Of a stretch of 64,000 nucleotides of DNA, positions 1 to 11,494 are shown piece after piece. Each line of letters begins with the position of its first letter. Positions within the stretch are counted from its first letter, which is position 1. A program made the translations under genes and the position numbers. This DNA is from Raillietiella orientalis (Eukaryota), in contig JAYWIR010000001.1 in NCBI GenBank assembly GCA_036172245.1, positions 5,766,001 through 5,830,000 of the forward strand, written 5' to 3'. The notes beneath the pieces were generated by a model, which did not search any database, was not told where the DNA came from, and worked only from the letters and a program-made list of their open reading frames with translations.

Positions 1-177
1 GAGATAGCATAAGGCCGATTTCATCCCGATGACAAATTTCCCGTAAAAATTTTCGTCTGCGACGTAAGCCATCCTGGCTGGAGATTGCGCGCTCCCGAAT
101 TTCATCTGCCGCTGCAGTGCCCTACAGATTCCTTGGAACTCGTCCGTGCTGCGTCTTCCCAAGGGGAAGATTTATGA

Positions 178-277
178 GCGCCATCTTTTCTCCCTTCGGA
201 ATTTTTCCTCGCCGTATTTTCAAAAATTTGCGCGCTTTTTCCACCTCGGCCGCACGAACCGCGGCTCAGCCAATGAA
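178..277 (-). promoter_or_regulatory. Possible promoter (YY1-like GCGCCATCTT plus CCAAT box) for a gene running off the left edge
   Basis: GCGCCATCTTT at ~178-188 and CAGCCAATGA at ~268-277. A minus-strand frame from ATG 105 stays open to base 1 (35 codons), which could be chance. Confidence 0.2.
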
Positions 278-358
278 AACGCACGCTGCCCTTCTCGATA
301 ACGAGAGTGGACGATCAGACGGAGCACTCCAAATAAGAGGTGCCAGTATTTCATTTTT

Positions 359-720
359 TTAAAAAAAAAAACGTTTATATAGAAGAAGATCAACCAGCCG
401 ATTACTCGAATTGTAGCCAGGAAACCTACGGAGACATTGCGACCCATTTCTATCAAGGGAAGTTTGGCTCGATAAAGAATTTGAAATGATTGACCAACTT
501 TTACGAGGTAAGGTCATCCATTCTATGGCCGTATCGCATGAAATTGCCTTGGCTCGGTGCCTTCCTTTTGTACAAATCTGCCCAGCCTGTATAGGTGCGC
601 GGTGTGTTTTCGCTTGCACATATCTGCGTTTTCCACGTGCCCTCAAGAGACGTAAGTTGAAGACCGGAGAACTGAGCGGAAGACGAGGAGGAGTCGTCGA
701 TTCGCATCTCGGAGCACAAA
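359..720 (-). mobile_element. Degenerate LINE reverse-transcriptase fragment (RT domains 2-3)
   Basis: Minus translation IQAGQICTKGRHRAKAI...SLDRNGSQCLRRF...LVDLLLYK resembles the L1/Tx1 pattern Q-x-GF-x-KGR...AFDRV-x-W-x-L...I-x-LLY. Confidence 0.4.
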
Positions 721-2599
721 AGAGAGTTCAATAGGAGATGCAAACAGACGAGGGAAGAGAGGACTTCCGTCTTCTTCTCTCCCGTCTCTTCCCTTTTTTT
801 CCCACTCCAGTTCCCTTACCACCGTGGACCGTCCACCGTGATTCTTGCTCACGCACCCCGGGAACGTCCGAGCCCATCAGAGCCACTCCGGCGCAGTTCC
901 TCTTCCAGCCTCATGGGCAACCTCTCACAGCCCCTCCTTCCTGCTTCTTGGTAAGTCCCTCAACGGCCCCTCTCTCATTTCTCGGACACTGAGATCCCGG
1001 TGACGTGACTGCTCCTCCTGAGAAGACGATACCATGCGGGCGAAGCAGAGAGCCGCCCTCACCGCTCGCTGACCACCTACGGCACCGCAACTCAACATCC
1101 AAAGGGCGGAGCGCGACGACCGACGACCGACGGACGACGACCGACGTCGCAAGGAGCCGGTGCCTGGGGTAGTGCCAGCGGTGGAACTCCGCATGCGCTA
1201 GAGTAGGCGTCCACGATGGCAGCCGTCATCTGAGAAACGACCGGGTGCAGCGTCGCCTTCGCCCTCCTTCTAGAGACCAGGGTTCGGCACCAGCGGACAG
1301 CGCGGACTCGGAATAGGCCTTGTTCCCTTCTCGGTGAGCCCCTCGGTCTGGAGCCGGCAACTCGCCGTGGTCTCTCTCGACCCCAGGCTGCTGGCACGTC
1401 CGCCGAAGGTGCCGCCCGGCAACTGCTCCCATCTTCCGCGCGTTCCGCACAGGAGATGGGCACCATCCCAGGCTCCCTCGTGCCCTCGAGACCGAGAAGA
1501 CTCGGAGGTCGAGCCTCGAAGGAAATGCTGGCTGCCGGCGGCCGTCGAGCAAGAAGCGCTCTGGAGGGCGCTCTCGACTCGTCCCGTGTGCGCCTGCTCT
1601 ACCGGAGCCGCCTGCAGGCCGGAGGCGGCTCCGGCTCTTCCTTCTCCTCCTCGCTTCCTCCTGAGCGCGTCCATGTCGAGCTCCCTGATGTCGTCCTCCT
1701 CCGTCCACGTGGCGCAGCACAGACGAAGGATCCCCTCGGAAGTTCGCCAACAAGTGGGCAGCCCACCTGCCATCTGTCATTTGCGAAACGCAGCCGCTGA
1801 AGCCGCACGGAAATAGCCCTCCGCCTTCTGGTCCCGGCGCGGCGCACGGCAGCCGCCATCATCGCCGTCTCCGTCCACTCCTCCACTTCTCAGACGCTGG
1901 AGGAGGCCGACGGTTGAGCCGCGACTCAGGAAATGCCCGTTGCCTGGGAGCCGGTTTTTGATACGACCTCATGCCTGAGTCTAGGGCGTGCCCTGGGGAA
2001 GTTGCGTCCCGGAAGCTACGGAAGGCTTCTGGCAGGCGGGCGCCACCTCGCGACGTTTCGGAGAGGCCCTCTTGGTCTGAGGTCACCAGCTCGTCGTGAT
2101 CTGCTCGATCCGGCTGCTGGCACGTCGCATTCTCGATTGATAGTACACAGAGGAACTTCATGGTATAAAATAAAGGCGCATTCCTGTATCGTTTGTACGA
2201 GACTGTACGGCACTGGAAAGCATCATCGTAAAAAGTGGGTACCGTACCACAGGCGTTTTCTCCCATTGGAAGACTGGAAGGCGCGGCGCGGTGGAGCGTT
2301 TTTGGAGAATAATAAGAGGGGCTGTCATTTCCATAGAGGGAAGATGGTCCCCATTTCTTCAGAGGTTCCAGAACGGCGGTCCGGTGTCTGCGCCAGCATC
2401 CAGCATGGACTCTTGAGTGGTCCCGTCGCGATGGGTCGCACGCTCTTGTTAGAATTTCCCAATGGGAGAAAAATTGCACCTTGCGTGAGTCGCACAGGAA
2501 AGCATGCCCCACTGCTGGAACAGAGGGCAACTTCAGGGCCCGTCTTCAGGAACTCGACTGCCAGTCCGCTCGCCGATGGGATGTGCATCCTCAGTGCTT

Positions 2600-2900
2600 G
2601 CGTTCGGCAGTGTACCTCCCCGAGGGGTGCCCACCGCTCGATGTGGTCTGCTCGGAGTCTCTCCGGCCCGTCTAGAGGCCAAACCCCCATCGGCAAGCTG
2701 GACGCGCAAGACGAAGCAACGCTGCAGCAGCTCTTCCGCCGGTCGAAGCAAGGCTCTCCGGCGCGCCCCGAATGTCCCACCAGCATCAGAGACTTGGGAG
2801 GTCCCATCTCCTCGCAGCTAGCGCAGCTAGAAGGGAAGCCGCCCCTCACCCAGAGAGACCGCCACCCGGGAGGCTCCAGCCACAAGAGCAGCGAAAACCC
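2600..2900 (+). mobile_element. Degenerate LINE RT fragment (domains 5-7)
   Basis: LDAQDEATLQQLFRRSKQGSPARP...IRDLGGPISSQ in ORF 1933-3009 resembles DD...L..LF...SG.R.N...I(R/K)YLGxPI. Confidence 0.35.
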
Positions 2901-3001
2901 TTCGTTCCGTCGCCTGAGGGGAGCGCAGAGCTGCCAAACAGAGGGGAGGGGGTCACAGTCTCCGGCAGAGGCTCTTCAGCGCGAGACCTTTTTCAGTCTC
3001 T

Positions 3002-6000
3002 GCGGTTGAACCGGTGGTCCAATCACATCCCTCCTACCGAGAGTCTCCTGGGTTACCGGTTTGCAGACCGGTGAGATCCACCCCGGCAACAGAGGGGAGA
3101 GGGGCAAACAAAAGAAACAAAAAAAAAATAAACAAATTGGAGGAAGTACAGGAAGGGGTCACGTTCTCCTGGTGGCCGTCCTCTGTATCCTCTGCAGGAT
3201 GCCGGCAAGCTCTTGCTGGGTGTTGTTTTCCACGCGGGATCATTTTATTCCCATCTTCAAGAAGCGGAGAGCAGAGTGGATGTGGCACCCTTGTCGCTGC
3301 CTGGAGCGACGCAAGAGGTCCTCAGTCGGTCCTCTGGCGTCTCTACAGGCAGCTAGAATCCCGCGTAGGCAGCAGAGAGCTTCCAGCGAGACTACAGGTC
3401 GGAGGGCATTGAGAACGAGGAGGAGTCGTAAGCTTCTCTGCAGTTACCTCCGGGGGTTCCCAGGGTCGCGTTTTCAGAGGGACCGGAGGGCAATACAATC
3501 CACTAGCGCTGAGGCTAGGAGGGTAGCGGTGGCTCGGGCTCGCCTCTTCCGGTCTCCGCCTACTTTCTCCAGGGAGACTGCATCCAGGTGGCGTCGCTGG
3601 GACGAATCGTCCTTGCGTCGTCACGTGGTTCCAGGTGCCCATTGCCCCCGGCCGCCAGGCGTCGTCGCTCGCTACGCAGCATGAGATCCTCTAATCCTGC
3701 TGCCCCAGAGGGAACCCGAGCTCCTTAAAGAGGTGCCAGGTGCGAAGGAGCAGCGGCGCCACTCCCTCGCGGTCGACTGAACGACTCAGGATGGACGAAT
3801 CCGAATGTTCCGTGACCACCGGTGGCGGGAAGAATGGCAAGAGATTGATCTTAAACCCGCCAGCTTCACCTGGTGAGTATTTCCGGATCAAATGCAAGGT
3901 GAGGCTGAAGATTGTGAGTTCAGATGCTATGAGCAAGCAGATGCAGCGCTCTGGTGCGGTGAGGCCCGTTTGTCTGGGTCCAGGACAGAGCCAACTGTAC
4001 TGTGAGGGGGCGGAATTTCAGGATCCGGAAGAAAGGCTGGGCAGACTGCAAGCCCTCTTGAAGGTGATCTCGGTACAGTGACTGTCCGTGACAAAGGCAA
4101 CACTTCAGCCACGGAGAAGTAGTCGTCTGAACTTTACAAGGGCACCTTGTGACAAGGAATTACATCAGAGGTTCAGTAAGCCTGGATCAATCGTCGAAAG
4201 CGACGAGATGATGTTGTTGAACCCTAGCGGTGGTGAGAGTTACCCACACGAAAATCAGAGGTAGCCCCGGCGAGGAGGAACGAAACTTCTTCACCCGGCT
4301 TCGCCCTAGAATTCCCGATGCGCAGCCACTGAGTGTCGTGGATCGTTCTTCAGTCAATCAGAGAAAAACGGCTCTTGGGCAGCAGCCCCTTTTTCTCCAG
4401 CTTCCTCTTCGTCGCATCACACACCACTTCGCTCTCCTTTTCTTGGAGTTGGAATGTTTCAAACCGGGGTTTCTTGAGCGCTCCCGCAGCCCGTGGGCAG
4501 GGATTGATGCCATGCAACGATGAGCCACCCGTTCAAAGTGTAGCTCCCCGCAGGGGGGGGGAAAGGAAGCTGCACCTGGCCTACTTAGGGGAGGACCACC
4601 CTGCGGCTGTACTCCGAAACGTCTGGTCGTTGAGAATCTCAGAGGTGTGGGTGCGAGTCGTCCCTTCAGGGTGGGTTGGGAGGGTTTCAGAAGGCAGGAC
4701 AAGTCAGCAGTCGAAGAACTTGTTCTTCAGATGAATCCGAGTTATAAACTAACTTTGGATGGCGCAGTAAAGCAGCCACGCGCCGCCGCGCTCTTAGCTA
4801 CTCGCAGAGGTGAACCTCGAGATCCGTCCCTCGAAGGCAAGGTTGGTAATCTCCACAAATCCAGGTGCATCGGGAGCTCAACCACTCGCTCTGTACATTA
4901 CAAGGCACCACACGATCCAACCACAGGCTCCTTTCTTAGCGTTTCCGTCGCGACGTGACCCTCAGTTTCCAGGCATTCCTGGGGAATAAACAGAACAAAG
5001 ACGAATGAACAGACATCTTCCGGAAGGGAAGCAGAAGCCATTCCACCCGACCCCATGTCGAGAGGATCTCTGGTTTTCAAGAAGTTCTTGACAGCTGAAC
5101 CTCCTCTACCTATCATCCCCATGTCAACCATCTAATAACCTTCGCTCCTCGGGAAACCAACTTCCCTAATTGGAGAGGGCAAGTGACATCTGAGGACGAT
5201 CCAGAAAGCACGGGGAGACAGCGCCGAGGCAGCCTCGAATGCTCTTGTCGCAGTCTCCCTCCACTACAGCCTCCAGGACGCGTCCCGGCCTTCGGTTCGA
5301 GAACGTTCCACAGCATACGAAGAGACGGGACTTCCTTCCTCTGACGGGAAGACATGGCCAGCCTTCCGAGAGCTGCCGCGCACTCTGCTGAGCCGCATTC
5401 TCTGACCCAGCAGCAGTGGTCCATGAGAGCTCGTCTGCGGACGAGGCATCAGCCCTTTCAAGCATCCCTTTCGAAGCATCTCCAGGTCGTCTTCGTGGAA
5501 ACTGGAGGGAAGTCACGGATACCTCGCGGAGAGAAGAATTGAGAACAGAGGAGAGAAGAATGTCCTCATCGAAGGGCGCTTTAAGACTGAAGGGCATGAG
5601 GACACGGGCTGCATCGTCATGCGGGCCTGGAAGTTCACGGTTCCTGTGCCTCGATCTTTGGCTAGCCGCTGCCTTCGAGCGTTAGACCCACGGAAGAAAG
5701 ACTTACCACAGAAGGTTGAATCTCAGGGAGAACCTGTCTGCACCCCAGCACCTCATCGCTGCAAGCATCTGTCCGAAGAGTTCCCCGGAAGCGATCGATC
5801 TCACGTGACGTAGTAAAGCACCATTTTTAAACCACACTCAGAAGCTTGAAAGAAGACTCGCTGAGGCCAACTCTCGGAAATAGTAGCTCAAAACACCAAG
5901 GGGAAAGAAGTAGGAGGAGAAGATCGAACGTGAAGAGAACGAGGATTCGCTTGCACTTCTGGACCGCGTCCCTGCTAGGCACCGGCACCATGAAATTCAA

Positions 6001-6160
6001 GGGAAGAGCTTCGCCCCAGTGCGCGCGAGCCCAAAAAGCATTACGGGAATCAGAATTTGCATAGGGAATAAGGGGACGTAGAGGTTTCCAGAGACTAAGC
6101 GTGAATGAAGCTCGCAAACGATTCCCGCTGAGGTTTTTCACCCAGGGGGCGCTCATTTTA
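3002..6160 (-). mobile_element. Decayed L1/Tx1-like non-LTR retrotransposon (ORF1 remnant, EN, RT, zf-RVT end, structured 3' UTR)
   Basis: 3002-3510 is homologous to the 3' ends at 10560-11375, 23795-24480 and 41720-42400. RT-like LIASELTIFSLTLHLIRKYSPGEAGGFKINL at 3691-3936, SSSPGL (SPGxDG-like) near 4270, DVCSFVFVLFIPQE (EN-like) near 5000. Many stops and frameshifts. Confidence 0.6.
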
Positions 6161-8099
6161 TAAAAAATAAACCAGTCGGAACACGCTGGCTCCCAACCAA
6201 AGACAAAAGATCAAGGGGAGGGTCCACTGATAGGAAGATCGGAATATCTGAAAGTTCGGAACGGGAAAGAGGGGAGGAGAACAACCCTCAAAATGAAGAA
6301 ATCCGGGTGCATAAGGCAGGGATCTTTGGTTCTCTCCTTATACACAGGGATGGAAACATGCAAACTGGGGAACATGCAGAGCGAAAGTGAGTAGGGAATG
6401 AGGAAAAAACATAGAGGAAGGCAATGAACAAGGGTCACCAATGTCCGCCATTCTTTCCTTTCAAAACCAGCACTGGATGCAAACAACCTCCTCCTTCACT
6501 CCTTCTAACAGGTGAGGGCATCTTGCAGCCGTCTTTACGTAGGCGGCTTCCATCCCGGTGACCTCTTTTCGCTGCGGCGGCGACTCCAGCACGTGGCGGG
6601 CCGTGACGATGGCACGGATGCAACCCATCGCTGAGACCACCGCTCCCGTCGAGAGTCATCCCGGCGCGAAGAACCGCCTCAGCAGGTTCGCCGGTGGTGT
6701 CCTCCTGGTGGAGGAGCGCTGCCGCCACAATTCTTGAAGGATGGAGCCCCATTCCGAAAGTAGGTGCGGGGGTGACCCCAGAGACCTGCACCTGGTACAG
6801 TTCGGGAATGCAACTTCTGCGCAATCACAGTGCAGGTGCTCGTTGCACTGGAGAATGCAATCCCTGGCGCAGAAAGAGCATCACGGCCTGTTTCCAGGAG
6901 ATCGGGAACAATGGATTGTCTAGGCAGTGAGGAGGGACACAATTTCTGCGGGGGAGACACTCAAAGACAGTAGCCACGGTACGCGGAGTGTCAGCATCCA
7001 CCAACTCGAGCATAAGGCCAATCGCCAAGGAGTTTCCTCTTTCCCGCAATGGTGCAGGAAGACTCCCACCTCGCCGATTAGCAGTTGTCGTCGCTTGACC
7101 TGAGATCGGACAGCGCTGAGACGAGGGGTGTGGCGTCCACGGTCGACCTCTTTGCTGTGTTCTGCATCACCACTTCTGGAGGTTGCAGTGGGAAGTGTCG
7201 CAGGAGTCAAAGTTCTTTCGGGAGCATTGCCTGGAGAGCAGCCCAGTACTCAACAGCCTCCTGCCGCCAAGGACTGTAGTTCATTCAGGAGCAGGAGATC
7301 CACGTGGGGATTCCACCAGGGAGGTGAGTTGCCTCAGAGGAAAGCCGAATCCCTCATCCTTCAACGGGTGCTCTCAGCAATGCGAGCGATCCTTCGCTGC
7401 CGTGGATGAGGCTCGCTGGCTCACAGCTTGGCGCAAGGGGCCAACGTCCGTAACTGCACCTGCGGTCCGATTCTCTCCATCGTCAGGACGCCTAAGCCGG
7501 CGTTCATACGCGGAGCTATCAATTCCTTGAGGTGGATCCTGGACCCACTGGGGTCGCTTGCGCTACCAGAGTTCTTACCGAGACTACCGTTAGACTGGAC
7601 CCCGCCACATTCAGTAAGAGCCTTCTCTTTCCTGGTGGCCGGGTCACTTACTCGACATGAATAAACAAAAATGTCTTAGAGCCGGAGAAGGGCTGACGCA
7701 TGTCCACTTAAACCCGAAGGGGCCGCCCTAGTGAGGGCACAGAACTAGGATGGAGGGGAGAGAGGCGAAGGAAGGACAATCTGTGAACAGAGAATAGGGT
7801 GGTTCCACTTCACAATGGTGGACGCGACTCCCGAGCGCCCACTCGGGAAGGAAAGGGATGGGGGGAAGGGGGGAGAATTGCGTCGGTGCGTTCACGGTTT
7901 GCCGGTCAGGGGGGAATCGACCGAGGTCTCTGTTCATTTCACATCCAGGACTGGAACACTTCTCTGCCCGTCGCAAACGGAGGCCGCACCCTCCCTCCAG
8001 TTTGGCGGCCAGAGCTGTCCCCACGTGGCAGAGGATCGCCACTGACAAAGCAACTGGCAACCCTGAATAAGTGGGATGCTGGGAGCAGAAAGTCCTGAA

Positions 8100-11000
8100 G
8101 AAGTTCTCCTCTGATTGCTTCCTTCGTTTCCTTCCCGATATGAAAGTGTACTCGACTGACCTTGACTTGGGATGCACCTTTGCGACAAAAGGCGTACTCC
8201 AACCACAGACAACTAGGAGGACCTCCTCTTGAGATGATAAAAAGGAGAGCAGATTGATACAGCAAACGAACTGTTGAGAAAAAGGGACCCCTCGAGTTGA
8301 CCAAATGGAATTTCCACAGGAAATTCAGCATTGCAAAGAAGAAATGCAAGGTCAACAGTTGTCCGAGTTTCCAGCTCCCTGTTCTGAAGGAGCTTGTCCA
8401 AGAGGAGGTCTTTTCTTTCACCTACTCCCAATGGGTGGCAGCCATATGCTGAGTACAGCATACCGAACTCGAGTTTGAAAGAACACGACGCATCACCCGT
8501 GCATTTCCGACCGCCCTTTCTGATGTCATCCGATCCACACGAAGACTTCTTGAAGAGGAGTGACCCGTCTGGCAAGCGACCTCGTGGCAAAGGGAGACGC
8601 ACGCAGCTAGAAGGTCGATTCCCAACACGCGGCTCAGCAGACGGAGGGTAGGAGATGACCTCTCCAGGGGCGTAGGACAAGAGGAGGTGTCTTCTTTCCC
8701 CTACACCCAACGGATGGTGGCGGCACCACGCTGACGACAGCATTCCGCACTCGAGTTTCGCGAACGAGTGGGCAGGAGGCAACGGAGTGTCGCTCCGCTC
8801 GATGACCGGCGCCCGTGCTGCGCCGCGTCCCGGACGAGTTCCAGAGCCTCGCCAAGAACCCGTTCCCGAAGACACGAGGCGACCCCGACACCGCCGACAG
8901 CGGACGGACACGCGGAAGAGGAAGACGTCGCTGGACCACGCCCACCCTGAGGACTCCTCCTTCGTGCGATCCTCGCGCGCGTCCCGGGAGCGGCCAGTCG
9001 GGCAGGGACGCGGTCCACCGCAACGCGGAACGCTCCCAACGGTCTCTTCCACCAGCTGGCTCGACCGGCTGTTCGAAGTTCCGGGTTCTTGCGCAGCAGT
9101 TCCCTTCCTGGAGCCGCACCTTCCTGCGGGATAACGCGACTGGGTCGCCGGGGGAGCGGACGGGAGGGAAAAGACAGGAACCGAATTAAGAAAAGGGGTG
9201 GGGTTAGGACAGGGGTCACCGGTTTCGGCCACTCCTTCCTTCTGGAACCGGCGATGGCGGTGCCTCCGGGCTCCGCCTCGGCTACTTCTCCTTCCAGGTG
9301 GGGTCACCTAGCAACCTTCCTCACGTAGCAGCTGCGGTGTGGGAGGTCCCCCTTCGCTGCCTTCCCTCCTCCGAGACGTTGCGGGGCCGCTACGCCTGCC
9401 CGTCTGGGGTCCTACGTGAGCGAAGAACCGCCGCAGCCTCTCCCTGCATTCGGCGGCGCGACGCGCACCGGCCGGACGCGACATCGCCCTGCGACGAGCA
9501 CATCTTCCTGGCGCTCGTCCGCATCTGAACCCTGGCAGCGCTCGGCGAAGAGACGAGGATGTTTGTCATCCTGCGCACCGTCCGCCTTTTCGGAAGCGCC
9601 CTGGCGCGTTCGGAGGCGTCCCAGAAACGACGCGTACCGCACGCGGAGAAACCTTGCTCTGCCTATCTGGTGGCGGCGGGCGTTCGCGGCTCTGCCCGTC
9701 GCCCCGCTTGCCCACAACGACGACGTGCAGACGCCCGAGAACCGCTGCCTCCAGGGCATATGCCAACATGGCCGCTCCGCGATACGCACCAGACCCGCAG
9801 CTGCGATCGCACATTCCCTCGGCCGAAGCGCCGCCCGGAACGACCCAAGCACAAGCACCGACGACGACAACGCACGCCGATACGGAAGGACGTCTTCCTC
9901 CCCTCCTTCCTCCTTAGTAGGGAATTTGGGGAGCTGGAGCCATCGCTCGGTGCGGACGGAACGGAAAGATGGACGGAAGGAGAGCTGCCCGTCGATCCCT
10001 CCTTTGACGCAACAAACCGAGCTGCTTCCCCGCAGCTCCCGTTCCTCTGAAGGACGGGAGCTGACATGCGACGACGTTCCTTCGCACGACGGGCTCTGGG
10101 GCGCATGGGGCCGAAAGGGCGGAGCCCGTGTTCCTCCCTCCTTTTGTTCGAGGTGCATCCTGGGACCCTGCCGGTGTGCTCCCGGACAGGTTGCATGGAT
10201 CGAGCGTGATGGCAGAGGTCTCCTTCTCTCGGGGAGACACCAAGATGATCAGGACCAACAACTGGATCTTTTGCCTACCCGTGAAGGGTCGTATCTGGTT
10301 TCAGGGAACAGTTTGCACGTGGACCAAGAGCAACGAAGTCCGGAGATGAGGCAGAGACTGCTGCACTATTTCTACAATCAACCGCTTGCTGCAGGGCATC
10401 ACCGTGCAGCCCACCACGTGTGCGTAGGCAAGCCGAACTTTCCTTGCCTCGGAGCTGCCTCCCCCGAGAAAGAACCTGGGCAGTAACCAGTCGGCCAAAT
10501 GGGAAGTCAGTTGGGAAATAGGTCTGTGGACGAAGGAATTAGGTGGTTGGATCACGAACCAGATCATGGACGCTGCGACACCAAGTGCCCCACCGAAAGG
10601 ACTATTGCGCTGGGGTGAACTGCTGGGAATCACACAGGAAGACCTCCGGTGGCACCCAGCTCTGAAAAACAACCAGACCCTCCCTCTGAAGTGGCAGCAG
10701 TCGGCACTTCTGCTGTTTCACTGGGGTCTCCCGTGCAGCGCCCGCCGCTCTCACTAGACCTGGTGGGCTGTGGACCCCAACTGTTGCAGGTGCGGGGAAC
10801 GGGAATCCCTCCTGCATCTGCTCGTGCACGGTGTTGCCCTCCGGCCCCATTGGTTGCGCTACGCAACGGCCCTCGATGCACCGATGCACAATTCCAGGGA
10901 CGTGATGAAATGCATCTTCGCGCGCGACACCCTTTCGCCTGCCTCATCCCCAGCAGCTCTTTGCTGCCTACACAGGATTGTGCAGGTCTGGAGCTACGCG

Positions 11001-11375
11001 AGATGAGGATGCAACGATAGAGGCGCCATCTGCTCCTCCCTGAGGTTCCTTCGGACGGCAACAAGACGGTGCCACCTGGGGCTTACTCGGATGAAACTTG
11101 TTGGCATCCTGGAAAGGACGCGGAGGACCCCCTCCAGCGGACAGCAGTCCATTCCCGTGCCCCCCCCCCCAGAGTTTTTTTGTTTCATTATTGATTTTTA
11201 TTTACTTTTGTTTGGGTCTGTCCCTCCCCCTCCTCTGCCGATGAGAACCTCGCTGGCCTGCATGCCGGTAACTCGGCAGGTTCCGAACATTTTCAGACGT
11301 TGTATGGCTTATGTTCTACACCTATATGTTCATTTTTTATAGTAAACGTCCCTGCGTGACTGGATGATAAACCGC
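8100..11375 (+). mobile_element. Composite decayed Tx1-like LINE ORF2 relic ending in zf-RVT and 3' UTR
   Basis: RGGL/RGGV motifs at ~8400 and ~8680. LRWHPALKNNQTLPLKWQQSALLLFHWGLPCSARR then DPNCCRCGERESLLHLLVHG (C-x2-C...H-x3-C-like zf-RVT) at 10560-11000, followed by a T-rich tract and hairpins at 11170-11375. Confidence 0.7.
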
Positions 11376-11494
11376 CGCCACCTTGAGTCTCGTCGGATGG
11401 AGTGAGCGCGGAAGGGCAAGCTTTGCCCCATGCTGAGGCTGTAGGGACTCTGCGTCTTCCGCGGTTACCGTGCACGTGTCGGCACCAGAGACCA

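Noticed and set aside
1..63. RFHPDDKF peptide before a GTAAGC donor, reminiscent of NOP10 RFSPDDK
   Set aside because: In-frame stop just upstream and no further similarity; too short to support.
417..507. Possible + strand exon ending at GAG|GTAAGG (PGNLRR...MIDQLLR)
   Set aside because: No recognisable protein or partner exons, and the opposite strand is better explained as a LINE RT fragment.
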